From positions 106,955-170,954 of the forward strand of contig JBKBLB010000002.1 of assembly GCA_046296495.1 (NCBI GenBank): 64,000 nucleotides of DNA, given 5' to 3'. Each line of letters opens with the position of its first letter. The stretch's first letter is position 1. Position numbers and translations under genes: made by a program. Below the pieces are notes generated by a model. That model was given only the letters and a program-made list of their open reading frames with translations. It was not told the origin of the DNA and searched no databases. The stretch is from Bacteroidia bacterium. Lineage in GTDB: Bacteria > Bacteroidota > Bacteroidia > UKL13-3. This document shows positions 31,407-40,608 of this stretch, in pieces.

Positions 31407-32103
31407 CTTTATAAAATCGTTGCAAGATAAAAAGGTGCGATACAGCCACAAATTATTTGTTGCCGAAGGTGCCAAAATAGTTAATGAATTGCTTTTGTCA
31501 AATTGCAAGCTATATAAACTATATTCAACAAGTCAAAATGTATTTGAAAAAAAAATTGATTTAAATAAAATCGAAATTGTTGCAGAAAAAGATTTAAGAA
31601 GGATTAGCTCTCTAAAAAGCACAAGACAGGTATTGGGTATTTTTTATATGCCTGAACACAATGTTAATATACAAAATAAAATAGATTTAATATTAGATAA
31701 CATACAAGATCCGGGAAACCTTGGCACAATAATTCGCATTGCAGATTGGTATGGGCTAAAAAAAATATATTGCAATTTGCAAACAGTTGATTGCTTTAAT
31801 GCAAAAACAGTTCAGGCAAGTATGGCATCAATAGCCAGAGTTAATGTTGAGTATGTTGATTTAAAAAGTTTTTTTAAAAATTATAAAAACCCTGTATTTG
31901 CTGCCGATTTAAAAGGAGAAAGTGTTTACAGTGTAAAAGTAATATTTCCTACAGCTTTAATAATTGGAAGTGAAGGCAAAGGAATTAGTGAGGACTTGAT
32001 TGCCTTTATTTCGAAAAAAATTAACATACCAAAAATTGGAAAGGCCGAAAGCCTAAATGCAGCCGTTGCTGCAGGAATTTTAGTTGACCGTTTATTAAAT
32101 TAA
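31384..32103 (+). CDS. TrmH/SpoU-family RNA 2'-O-methyltransferase (RlmB-like).
   Basis: N-terminal substrate-binding region (IKSLQDKKVRYSHKLFVAEGAKIV) and SPOUT motifs (NLGTIIRIADWYG, GSEGKGIS). Confidence 0.8.
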   Translation: MLTKNDINFIKSLQDKKVRYSHKLFVAEGAKIVNELLLSNCKLYKLYSTSQNVFEKKIDLNKIEIVAEKDLRRISSLKSTRQVLGIFYMPEHNVNIQNKIDLILDNIQDPGNLGTIIRIADWYGLKKIYCNLQTVDCFNAKTVQASMASIARVNVEYVDLKSFFKNYKNPVFAADLKGESVYSVKVIFPTALIIGSEGKGISEDLIAFISKKINIPKIGKAESLNAAVAAGILVDRLLN

Positions 32104-32131
32104 AAAGTATTTGTAATTATAGATTTTAAAA

Positions 32132-32584
32132 TTAGCCAAATATTTGTTTCAGTTTATCTTCTCTGTATTTAAAAATGGCTTTAACTCTTTTGTCAACAAA
32201 TAACCAATGCAAAAAAGGTGCTAAAAACCAGCCTTTGCTTTTATAGGTTACAATATCTGTCATAATGGTTTTGCCATTAATCTTTTCAAAAATATGTTGA
32301 TGATGCCAAAGTGTATAAGGTCCGCCAATTTGCTCATCAACAAATTTATATGGCGGATTCCATTCGCTTATGAGTGTTTTCCAAAAAAAAGGAACCCCAA
32401 AAAGTTTTATTCTATATTTAATTAATACTCCTTTTTCCATATTTATAGGAGTAGGAGTGAGTATTTTAAAATTTAGTTCAGGAGGAGTTATTTCATTTAA
32501 ATTTTCAGCTTTACTAAAAAATTCAAAAACTTCTTTTAATGGCTTATTGATTTCAGTTTTAGTTTCAAGCAATTTTGGTTTCAT
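32132..32584 (-). CDS. SRPBCC (Bet v1-like) family protein.
   Basis: Composition and size (about 150 aa) are typical of polyketide-cyclase/SRPBCC folds; this is a weak call. The start is placed at the internal Met. Confidence 0.4.
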   Translation of the reverse strand: MKPKLLETKTEINKPLKEVFEFFSKAENLNEITPPELNFKILTPTPINMEKGVLIKYRIKLFGVPFFWKTLISEWNPPYKFVDEQIGGPYTLWHHQHIFEKINGKTIMTDIVTYKSKGWFLAPFLHWLFVDKRVKAIFKYREDKLKQIFG

Positions 32585-32774
32585 GTTTAAATATACAAGT
32601 GTATTAAACAATTGTTTTTTAAGTTGTTTTTTGTCAGCTTACCCAAAATATAAAATTTTATCACCATTTTACTTTTGTAAATGTTTAAATAATTATAAAA
32701 CATAGTATCCTATTTACCAATTATTTAATACAGTTTATCTAAAGCATTTGTTTATACAAAGCAATGACAACTAA

Positions 32775-32835
32775 TTTAACAAATGTTAAACCATTAAACA
32801 ATTGTTAAATTTGCGAATTAACAAATGTTTTAATA
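32775..32835. promoter_or_regulatory. Array of TTAAACAA(A/T)TGTT-type palindromic repeats, a candidate operator for the downstream HTH regulator.
   Basis: TTTAACAAATGTTAAA (32776-91), TTAAACAATTGTTAAA (32795-810) and TTAACAAATGTTTTAA (32817-32) occur 20-75 nt upstream of the ATG at 32852. A further AACAATTGTT copy lies at about 32631. Confidence 0.5.
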
Positions 32836-32851
32836 TTTGTAAATCAACAAA

Positions 32852-33304
32852 ATGGATGAACTTAACAAACGTGTAATGAAAATAATTGATTTTTCAGGTT
32901 TAAGTAAATCTGAATTCGCTACAAAAATTGACATTTCATTGCCTGTTTTAACTCATATTTCATCGGGCAGAAATAAGCCAAGCCTTGATATTATAATCCG
33001 TATATTACAGGTTTATAAACAAATAAATATAAATTGGTTATTGTTTGGCGATGGTGAAATGCTGGTTCAGCCAACAAAAAAAATTGAAATTGCAGGCGAA
33101 ATTGAATTGTTAAAACAACAAGCCGAAGAAATAAAGCTTATTGTTTATCAATTAAATGAAGTAGTTAAGTATAATAAAATATTTATCAATGAGATACAAT
33201 ATTTAAATCAACTTACAGAACTTGTAATTAATCAACAACAAAAAGGAAATGCGCTTGTTACAAAAATGGAACAGGTAATAGAAAAACTAATTTCTAAAGT
33301 ATAA
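32852..33304 (+). CDS. XRE-family helix-turn-helix DNA-binding protein with a C-terminal coiled-coil region.
   Basis: N-terminal HTH (LSKSEFATKIDISLPVLTHISSGRNKPSLDIIIRI) followed by a glutamine- and lysine-rich helical tail. Confidence 0.6.
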   Translation: MDELNKRVMKIIDFSGLSKSEFATKIDISLPVLTHISSGRNKPSLDIIIRILQVYKQININWLLFGDGEMLVQPTKKIEIAGEIELLKQQAEEIKLIVYQLNEVVKYNKIFINEIQYLNQLTELVINQQQKGNALVTKMEQVIEKLISKV

Positions 33305-33387
33305 CTTTAAGCCATTAATTACAAACAATTGATTTATAAATAAATAATTTTAAAATTTATGCTATTTATAACTTTATACTTAAAAGC

Positions 33388-33795
33388 CTACAAGTAATTT
33401 ATTTTAACATGTATGGGGCAGTTTTTAATAAGCATGGCACTTACACCACAATATTTTTCTTCTGATAACTTAACAGCTTTTTCTACCTTATCTTTATCCG
33501 AATCGTTCACTTTAATATTATATGTAAGATATATAACGCTATAAACTTTGGGATGTTCTTCGGTTAAATCAGCAGAAACATCAAGGCTAAAATCGCTGTA
33601 TTGCACCCTCATTTTAGCAAGAAGGCTAACTACGTCAATACCAGTACAACCTGCCAAAGAGGCAAGCAGCAAAGGTTTTGGTCTTGCTCCGGCAATATTG
33701 GCATCACCGCTTATGCTAAACTCATAATCGTTTACAAAAGCTTTAAAATGTTCGCCTTGTTGCTGTGCTACTTTAATTTGATGTGTTGTACTCAT
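33388..33795 (-). CDS. OsmC/Ohr-family peroxiredoxin-like protein.
   Basis: LLASLAGCTG and C-terminal EKYCGVS cysteines typical of OsmC. Confidence 0.75.
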   Translation of the reverse strand: MSTTHQIKVAQQQGEHFKAFVNDYEFSISGDANIAGARPKPLLLASLAGCTGIDVVSLLAKMRVQYSDFSLDVSADLTEEHPKVYSVIYLTYNIKVNDSDKDKVEKAVKLSEEKYCGVSAMLIKNCPIHVKINYL

Positions 33796-33799
33796 ATAA

Positions 33800-34117
33800 T
33801 TAATTATTTATCAAATTATTAACCTTAAACCATGGGCCACCATTATAAGCCTCAACACCTTGTTTCTTTAAATACGATGTTGCCTGACTGCTTCTCATGC
33901 CGCTTGCGCAACATAATACTACCGGTTTCTTAAACGCCTTTATTTTAGATACTTGCGAAGAAACTTTTGGCAGAGGTATGTTTTTTGAACCTTTTACATG
34001 TCCTCCGGCAAATTCGCCTTCGCTGCGCACATCAATAATGATTGCACCATTTTGTATTGCTTGAACCAAATCGTTGTTTGATTTACCGCCTAAAAGATTT
34101 TTGATGAAATTTATCAT
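33800..34117 (-). CDS. Rhodanese-domain sulfurtransferase.
   Basis: IIDVRSEGEFAGGHVKGS and active-site loop CASGMRS. Confidence 0.85.
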   Translation of the reverse strand: MINFIKNLLGGKSNNDLVQAIQNGAIIIDVRSEGEFAGGHVKGSKNIPLPKVSSQVSKIKAFKKPVVLCCASGMRSSQATSYLKKQGVEAYNGGPWFKVNNLINN

Positions 34118-34119
34118 GA

Positions 34120-34422
34120 TTAATTGTTTGTAAATGAATTGATAATATTAACTAGTTGAACAGCTTGCATTACACCTGATTGGCGCCATAATATCTGACC
34201 ATTTTTAAATAAAATTAATGTAGGCACACCTTGTATTTGGTAACTTGCTGCTGCCTGTGGGTTACGGTCCACATCAACTTTTATAATTTTTGCTTTTTCG
34301 CCAATTACACTCGCAACTTCTTTTAAAATAGGTGCCATCATTTTACAAGGCCCGCACCATTCTGCACTAAAATCTACCAAAGTTGGTGTAGATGAATTAA
34401 TTAATTCCTGAAATGTATTCAT
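34120..34422 (-). CDS. trxA: Thioredoxin.
   Basis: WCGPCK active site; 100 aa. Confidence 0.9.
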   Translation of the reverse strand: MNTFQELINSSTPTLVDFSAEWCGPCKMMAPILKEVASVIGEKAKIIKVDVDRNPQAAASYQIQGVPTLILFKNGQILWRQSGVMQAVQLVNIINSFTNN

Positions 34423-34434
34423 ATTTTATTATTT

Positions 34435-34653
34435 TTATTGTTTAGTTTGATTCTTTTTTAATACAGCATCGTTTAAAGAACTGCCAAGCAATCCGCCCAT
34501 AAAAATACCATACAATGTGCTGTTTAAAGGGTTTGATGTAATGGCACATGTACCATTAGTACAACCTATAAAATAATAATAAGCATATCCGGCAACTGCG
34601 CCCAAAGCAACACCAATTAACAGGTATTTTTGCTTTTTAATTTTTTCAATCAT
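34435..34653 (-). CDS. Small two-TM membrane protein with a conserved Cys pair (DUF6132-like).
   Basis: 72 aa, two hydrophobic helices flanking GCTNGTCAITSNP. The gene is tightly packed into the arsR-trx operon. Confidence 0.5.
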   Translation of the reverse strand: MIEKIKKQKYLLIGVALGAVAGYAYYYFIGCTNGTCAITSNPLNSTLYGIFMGGLLGSSLNDAVLKKNQTKQ

Positions 34654-34700
34654 ATTTAATTAATTAATGAACATATTTTCATATATTATGCCAAAATTTA

Positions 34701-34991
34701 TTACATGTTAATTTTGCAGTTTTCAATACATTCTAATACATTAAATAATTGCTTAGCTTTAAGGCTATAATAAATATTGGTACCCACTCTTTTTTGAGCC
34801 AAAATGCCTTTTATGCGCATATTGCTTAAATGATGGCTAAGCAAACTTTGTTCACATCCGGTTAATGCCACCATTTCGTTTACGGTTAGTTGTTCGTTTT
34901 GTTGCAAAAGCATAATAACAGCCAATCGAGTAGGGTGGGCTATGCTCTTTAAAACATATGCCCCATGCTCTAATTTTTCTTTATCAATCAT
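34701..34991 (-). CDS. ArsR/SmtB-family transcriptional regulator.
   Basis: SIAHPTRLAVIMLL...LTVNEMVALTGCEQSLLSHHLSNMRIKGIL winged-HTH signature. Cysteines lie in the alpha-3 region and at the C-terminus (LECIENC). Confidence 0.85.
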   Translation of the reverse strand: MIDKEKLEHGAYVLKSIAHPTRLAVIMLLQQNEQLTVNEMVALTGCEQSLLSHHLSNMRIKGILAQKRVGTNIYYSLKAKQLFNVLECIENCKINM

Positions 34992-35028
34992 TAATCTAAT
35001 TGCAAATATAAACATATTTTCATATTAC

Positions 35029-35049
35029 AATCATTCATTCTTAATGATT
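35029..35049. promoter_or_regulatory. Inverted repeat AATCATT-N7-AATGATT, a candidate ArsR operator.
   Basis: Perfect 7-bp inverted repeat about 40 nt upstream of the arsR-like start, in the divergent intergenic region shared with the DinB gene. Confidence 0.4.
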
Positions 35050-35179
35050 TTAGTCATATAAATAAATCAAATCACTTATAAATTTTGGAATTACGACACA
35101 ATTGCATAATTTATAATTTCTTAAAGTCAATTTGGCAAATAAATAGGGAAAGAGCTTGCATTTGTGGTTATTTGCAGGC

Positions 35180-35698
35180 ATGAAATTACAACAGTTTACA
35201 TTTGATAAATATTACGAAGTTTATACAAAACATGCCCAAAACTCAGAAGATATTATACAGCAACTGCTTACCCAACACATGGATACCATTGATTTAGTTA
35301 CAAGCTTAGATGACGAAACGCTTTATACTCCGTATGATGAAGGAAAATGGAGTATTATGGAAATTTTGGTTCATTTAATGGATACCGAAAGAATTTTTTG
35401 TTATCGTGCTTTACGAATTGCAAGAAAAGATAAATCAGATTTACCCGGTTTCGACCAAGATTTATTCGTGAAAAACAGCAGAGCAAACAAACGTAAAATA
35501 TTAGATGTAGTAAAAGAATTTTCGGTTTTGCGTTCAAGCACCATAGAACTTTTTAATAGTTTTGATAAAGAAATGCTTAATGAAACCGGATCAGCAGACG
35601 GTAAACAAATTAGTGTTGGCGCCATTCCTTATATTTTGTGTGGTCACGAAATACACCATGTAAATATTATTGAAAATAAGTATATAGGTAAATACTAG
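35180..35698 (+). CDS. DinB/YfiT-like (DinB_2) metal-dependent four-helix bundle protein.
   Basis: MEILVHLMDTERIF ... CGHEIHHVNII His-containing motifs. Confidence 0.6.
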   Translation: MKLQQFTFDKYYEVYTKHAQNSEDIIQQLLTQHMDTIDLVTSLDDETLYTPYDEGKWSIMEILVHLMDTERIFCYRALRIARKDKSDLPGFDQDLFVKNSRANKRKILDVVKEFSVLRSSTIELFNSFDKEMLNETGSADGKQISVGAIPYILCGHEIHHVNIIENKYIGKY

Positions 35699-35808
35699 CT
35701 TTTTTTGAAATCTTTATTATCATCAAAAATAATGATTCAAGCAATTCACAATTTGTTAATAATACAAACTTTTTAAGGTACAAAATGGCCGTACCTTCGT
35801 AGTTTAAA

Positions 35809-36936
35809 ATGCATATTTCGGAAGTTAGTAATACTTTAGTAATTATTTTATCGGGCATAGTAGTTTCGTTATTGGGGTTGATTGTTTATTATGTATTTTT
35901 CTTTTCGAAACTTGCTCTTTGTAAAATAACATCTCCGGATTTTAGCAATTTAAAACCCGTAAGTGTAATAATTGCCGCCCGCAACGAATATGAAAATTTG
36001 CAAAATTACTTAACTGCCATTTTAGAACAAGATTACCCTGAATTTGAAGTAATTGTGGTAAATGATTGCAGTTGGGATGAAAGCCAAAAACTTCTTGAAT
36101 ATTATCAGGAAAAATACCCGCATTTAAAGATTTGCAAAATAGTAGAGCAGGAAAAATACCCAACAGGCAAAAAGTTTGCTCTAACCATAGGTGTTAAAGC
36201 TGCAACTTACGAACATTTGGTATTTACCGATGCAGATTGCTCACCTGCATCAAAAAATTGGCTAAAACATATAGCTGCTCAATTTAAAGAGAACAAACAA
36301 ATTGTTTTAGCACATTCGCCTTACCTTAAAACAAAAGGCTTGCTTAATGCTTTTGCCCGATTTGAAAATGCCATAACTGCCATGCTATATTTAAATGCTG
36401 CCATGAATCGAATTCCATTTATGGGAGTTGGCAGGAATTTAGCTTATACCAAACAATTATTTTTTAACAACAAAGGTTTTGCAAGCCATAGCCATATTTT
36501 AAGTGGCGATGATGATTTGTTTATAAACGAAGTTGCCACTGCTGGCAACACAACTTATACCATTCATCCTGAAAGTTTTATGTTAACACCGGCTAAAAAA
36601 ACAATTGATGCTTATTTTAGGCAAAAAAGCAGGCATATTACAACAGGCAAATTTTATAAAAACAAGCATAAAGCGCTACTTGGCGGATATTTTGCTTCGC
36701 TTATTCTGTTTCACTTTTATGTTATAATTGGTTTTATTTATTTACCCTGGCAATGGCCTGTAATAGCCATTGCATTAAAATTACTTTTGCAAACCATAAT
36801 TTTTACACCGTCACTTAAAAAGCTCGGTTACAAAAATTTAGCATGGTTTTTATTGTTTTTGGATGTTTTATATGTATTATATATAAGTTATTTTGGAACC
36901 AAAGGTTTATTAACCCGTAACGCCCGAAAATGGTAG
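35809..36936 (+). CDS. Membrane glycosyltransferase family 2.
   Basis: VSVIIAARNEYENL...VIVVNDCSWDES...FTDADC GT2-A motifs plus C-terminal TM helices. Confidence 0.8.
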   Translation: MHISEVSNTLVIILSGIVVSLLGLIVYYVFFFSKLALCKITSPDFSNLKPVSVIIAARNEYENLQNYLTAILEQDYPEFEVIVVNDCSWDESQKLLEYYQEKYPHLKICKIVEQEKYPTGKKFALTIGVKAATYEHLVFTDADCSPASKNWLKHIAAQFKENKQIVLAHSPYLKTKGLLNAFARFENAITAMLYLNAAMNRIPFMGVGRNLAYTKQLFFNNKGFASHSHILSGDDDLFINEVATAGNTTYTIHPESFMLTPAKKTIDAYFRQKSRHITTGKFYKNKHKALLGGYFASLILFHFYVIIGFIYLPWQWPVIAIALKLLLQTIIFTPSLKKLGYKNLAWFLLFLDVLYVLYISYFGTKGLLTRNARKW

Positions 36937-37571
36937 AGGTAATATACAAATACTTTCCAAACCTAAGTTCGGTTCAAAAAAAGCAGTACGAAATGCTTTT
37001 TGATTTATATGCTGATTGGAATACCAAAATTAATGTTGTTTCCAGAAAAGACATCGAATCACTATATTTAAAACATGTTTTGCATAGTTTGGCAATAGCC
37101 CGTTTTACTATTTTTGAACCAAATACTAAAATTCTTGATTTAGGAACAGGTGGTGGTTTCCCGGGAATTCCACTTGCAATTATGTTTCCTCAATGTAAAT
37201 TTACTTTAATTGACAGCATTGCTAAAAAAATTAAAGTTGCCGAAAGTATTGCCCAAGCTGCTCAAATAAAAAATATTGACTTTGCTATTGGAAGAGCAGA
37301 AAACCTTAAGGAAAAATTTGATTTTATTACTGCCCGTGCTGTTGCACCCATAAATGAGTTATTTAAATGGAGTGCCGGTTGTCTTGAACTCAACAAGCAG
37401 TTTAACAGCAAAATAAATGGTTTTTTATTGCTTAAAGGCGGAGATTTAACCAATGAAATTAAGGAATTTAAATCATTGCACAAAAAATGGCATGTGCAGG
37501 AAATTTCTTTAACAAAATATTTCGATGAAGAGTATTTTGAAACCAAAAAGTTGCTGTATCTTTATGTTTAG
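36930..37571 (+). CDS. rsmG: 16S rRNA (guanine527-N7)-methyltransferase.
   Basis: LDLGTGGGFPGIPLAI SAM-binding motif; 213 aa. Confidence 0.9.
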   Translation: MVEVIYKYFPNLSSVQKKQYEMLFDLYADWNTKINVVSRKDIESLYLKHVLHSLAIARFTIFEPNTKILDLGTGGGFPGIPLAIMFPQCKFTLIDSIAKKIKVAESIAQAAQIKNIDFAIGRAENLKEKFDFITARAVAPINELFKWSAGCLELNKQFNSKINGFLLLKGGDLTNEIKEFKSLHKKWHVQEISLTKYFDEEYFETKKLLYLYV

Positions 37572-37611
37572 TTAACATTTTTTGCAAACATTTGTATCTT
37601 GCATCATTAAA

Positions 37612-38562
37612 ATGGATTCACTCATTTCTACAAACTTTTACTTTAAGGGACAAAAAAACTTTTACAGAGGCAAGGTAAGAGATGTTTATAACATTAATAA
37701 CCAATACCTTGCAATGGTTGCTTGCGATAGAATTTCTGCGTTTGATGTTGTTTTACCAAAACCCATACCTTACAAAGGCCAGGTATTAAATCAAATAGCC
37801 GATACATTTTTACAAAAAACAGCATTACTTGTTCCAAACTGGCGTATAAGCAGCCCCGACCCTAATGTAACCATTGGTCATTATTGCAAACCTTTTAAAA
37901 TTGAGATGGTTATTCGTGGTTATTTATCAGGTCATGCCTGGAGAGAATACAAAGCCGGCAAGAGAACCATTTGTGGTGAACCAATGCCTGAAGGCATGAA
38001 AGAAAATGATAAATTCCCTGAGCCTATTATAACACCAACCATTAAAGCACACACCGGTCACGATGAAGATATAACAAAAGCTGAAATACTTGAAAGAGGC
38101 TTTGCAACTGCCGAACAATATGCCATTCTTGAAAATTATACCCAAAAACTTTTTGCTTTTGGTTCAGATTTTGCCCAAAAACGAGGCCTATTGCTGGTTG
38201 ATACCAAATACGAATTCGGGTTAAATAAAAACAATGAAATATTGTTGATTGATGAGGTACATACTCCTGATTCTTCGAGGTATTTTTATGCAGATACTTA
38301 CGATGAAATTCAGCAAAAAGACCAGCAACAACGCCAACTGAGTAAAGAATTTGTTCGCCAATGGCTTATACAAAATGGTTTTCAGGGAAGGGAAGGAGAA
38401 CTGATACCTGAAATGACAACTGAATACATACAATCTGTTACGGATAGATATATTGAACTTTTTGAACAAATTACCGGAGAAGAATTTATAAAACAAGATT
38501 ACAATAATGCCATGCAACGTATTGAAAAATCCATTCATGATGAGTTGGAAAGATTGGGTTAA
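37612..38562 (+). CDS. purC: Phosphoribosylaminoimidazole-succinocarboxamide synthase.
   Basis: YRGKVRDVY and ACDRISAFDVV motifs. The start is placed at the internal Met (MDSLIS). Confidence 0.9.
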   Translation: MDSLISTNFYFKGQKNFYRGKVRDVYNINNQYLAMVACDRISAFDVVLPKPIPYKGQVLNQIADTFLQKTALLVPNWRISSPDPNVTIGHYCKPFKIEMVIRGYLSGHAWREYKAGKRTICGEPMPEGMKENDKFPEPIITPTIKAHTGHDEDITKAEILERGFATAEQYAILENYTQKLFAFGSDFAQKRGLLLVDTKYEFGLNKNNEILLIDEVHTPDSSRYFYADTYDEIQQKDQQQRQLSKEFVRQWLIQNGFQGREGELIPEMTTEYIQSVTDRYIELFEQITGEEFIKQDYNNAMQRIEKSIHDELERLG

Positions 38563-39111
38563 TTAATTTGGGTAATCAACACTTTTAAGCACTAAAACAG
38601 AATTAGGCTCTATTGTTTTTAAATCAACAGATTTTAAGAATAATTTAAGGGAGTTTTGACCATTCAGGTAATTAATATTTAACAATTTAAAACAGGCTGA
38701 TTTGTAAATAGCCAATAATGGCTCTAAAAAACCGCTTTGTTTATTAATATAACAAATGGCTTTTTGTTGACAATCAATATTGTTCTTAATTATATGTAAA
38801 TCATTCAATTGCAAATAGGGGTAATCGCAACCAACCACAAAAAGATTTGCATTTGGGTATTTTTCAAAAACAGATAAAACACCTGTCATAGGCCCGGCAT
38901 TTTGATACAAAATATTATCGCAAATCAATTCGTATTTTTTTTCAAAATATTCAAGTTGAATGGTATTGCAGGAAATTACCACTTTATCGCAAAGTTGGTT
39001 CAACAATTCTGCAACATGCAAATATTGAGGCTGTTGATGATAAACTAATAAAGCCTTATCGGTTCCCATACGGGTACTTTGGCCACCACACAAAACAACA
39101 CCAATCAGCAT
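38563..39111 (-). CDS. MobA-like nucleotidyltransferase (NTP_transf_3 family).
   Basis: LIGVVLCGGQSTRMGTDKALL N-terminal nucleotide-binding motif. Confidence 0.75.
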   Translation of the reverse strand: MLIGVVLCGGQSTRMGTDKALLVYHQQPQYLHVAELLNQLCDKVVISCNTIQLEYFEKKYELICDNILYQNAGPMTGVLSVFEKYPNANLFVVGCDYPYLQLNDLHIIKNNIDCQQKAICYINKQSGFLEPLLAIYKSACFKLLNINYLNGQNSLKLFLKSVDLKTIEPNSVLVLKSVDYPN

Positions 39112-39608
39112 TTTATTGTATTTTTAAAAAAAGCCTTATCCAATATATCAAAGTGAGTAATGCCATAGTGTTTTAATGCATCGTTAAGCAAATAATCTCT
39201 AATAACCAGAATAAGTCTGGTTGGGCTTGGCGTTTCTTTAAAGTATTTTATTACTTCACTTATTGCAGGTTCAAGACCATTTTTTTGGTCAATTTCAAGT
39301 CTGCCTATTTCATCAATCACAAACCATTTAAACTTACCCGATTTTGCAGTTAATATAATTTGTCTTGCTGTTTTAAAAACCACATTATCAAAAACAAATC
39401 TTCCTATCGCTAAGCCATTTTGGTAGGAGGGGAGTTGCAAATTGTACACTTTTCCGGTTTCTAAGTCCAATAGTTTTCTAAATCCATCAATATCAGGAGT
39501 TAAAATACCTCCAACCGATTTTTCTGTAAAATTATTAATCCACTGCCAAATCATGGTGGTTTTGCCGGATTGTATAGGTTCAGAAACAATGTAAATTTTA
39601 TTCTTCAT
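39105..39608 (-). CDS. THEP1-like P-loop NTPase.
   Basis: KIYIVSEPIQSGKTTMI Walker A followed by GGILTPDIDGFRK (the GF.T pattern of PF03266). Confidence 0.5.
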   Translation of the reverse strand: MKNKIYIVSEPIQSGKTTMIWQWINNFTEKSVGGILTPDIDGFRKLLDLETGKVYNLQLPSYQNGLAIGRFVFDNVVFKTARQIILTAKSGKFKWFVIDEIGRLEIDQKNGLEPAISEVIKYFKETPSPTRLILVIRDYLLNDALKHYGITHFDILDKAFFKNTIKC

Positions 39609-40608
39609 CAGCCGTTTTTCCAGCGTAAAGGCTTAAAATAATCATGTATAAAATAAAATTTGCCGAAGCCCTTAGACTACGTTCTTTTGCAAAACTAAGT
39701 TGCAATGCAATCGTTGCAAAGCTTTTAAATTCAGGAATTTGTAATATAATTTGTGTAAGTTTTGTATTATTTTTATTTTTTCGGTTGAGGCGTTTTATTA
39801 GCCACTTAAAAAATGGTGATACAATTCCGTAAAGTATCAAAATTGCAACAATCGTTCTTGTTAAAACATACCATGGATTCGCGTTTTTATATATTACCAA
39901 CATACCCATTACAAAAATCAATAAAAACATAAACCCAATAACCCTAAGCAGTAAAATATTTTTGTTTTTTCCGTCTTGAACCGAAACCGGCTTAATTTTT
40001 AAAAATTCGGTAAGTACTTTTTCTTTATTGGTTTTTATTTTTTGCGGTATTTTAAGCATTAAAACAGCCAAAATAAAACCCCATACAACATATATACCAA
40101 CGTAAAAGCCAATTATCCAATAACTGAATGAAACTTGGCTTTTAATGCCAAAATCTTTTAAAATTCCTGTAAAAAATACATCGAGAGCCTGCCAAATAGA
40201 TTTGCCAAAAATTAGTGTGGTTATAATTATTTTTTGCATTGCCGACTCAACCAAAGCAACAACAGCATAAAACGCGTTTGTAATTAAATTTGATCTAAAA
40301 AATTGGTAAACCGTTGCACCCAAAAAACCCTGAAAACTAACTGCAACATAAGCAGGCCATGGTGTATGCGGGCTTACTGCTGCTTTTACCAATAAAACCT
40401 GTATGGTACTTTGTGCTATGGTTTTAAAAGGTGAATGGGTATGTTGAGCAAGCAAATTGACAACTATTATAGCAAAACCGCCCAAAAAAAATCCTGAGAA
40501 TGGAATTTTAAAAGCATGTATTAAACTACCAAGCCCGCATTCGCTAAATGCCCATAATGCAGTAAGCCTGTTTATCAAATACGTATTGTTTTCAAAATTA
40601 TCTCGCAT
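39598..40608 (-). CDS. Polytopic integral membrane protein, possibly of the Gx-transporter / heptaprenyl-diphosphate-synthase-component-I type.
   Basis: At least six predicted TM helices. The N-terminal AFSECGLGSLIHAFKIPFSG resembles PF07456 only weakly. The start is placed at Met23 (MRDNF) to limit overlap with the upstream cytochrome c gene. Confidence 0.4.
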   Translation of the reverse strand: MRDNFENNTYLINRLTALWAFSECGLGSLIHAFKIPFSGFFLGGFAIIVVNLLAQHTHSPFKTIAQSTIQVLLVKAAVSPHTPWPAYVAVSFQGFLGATVYQFFRSNLITNAFYAVVALVESAMQKIIITTLIFGKSIWQALDVFFTGILKDFGIKSQVSFSYWIIGFYVGIYVVWGFILAVLMLKIPQKIKTNKEKVLTEFLKIKPVSVQDGKNKNILLLRVIGFMFLLIFVMGMLVIYKNANPWYVLTRTIVAILILYGIVSPFFKWLIKRLNRKNKNNTKLTQIILQIPEFKSFATIALQLSFAKERSLRASANFILYMIILSLYAGKTADEE

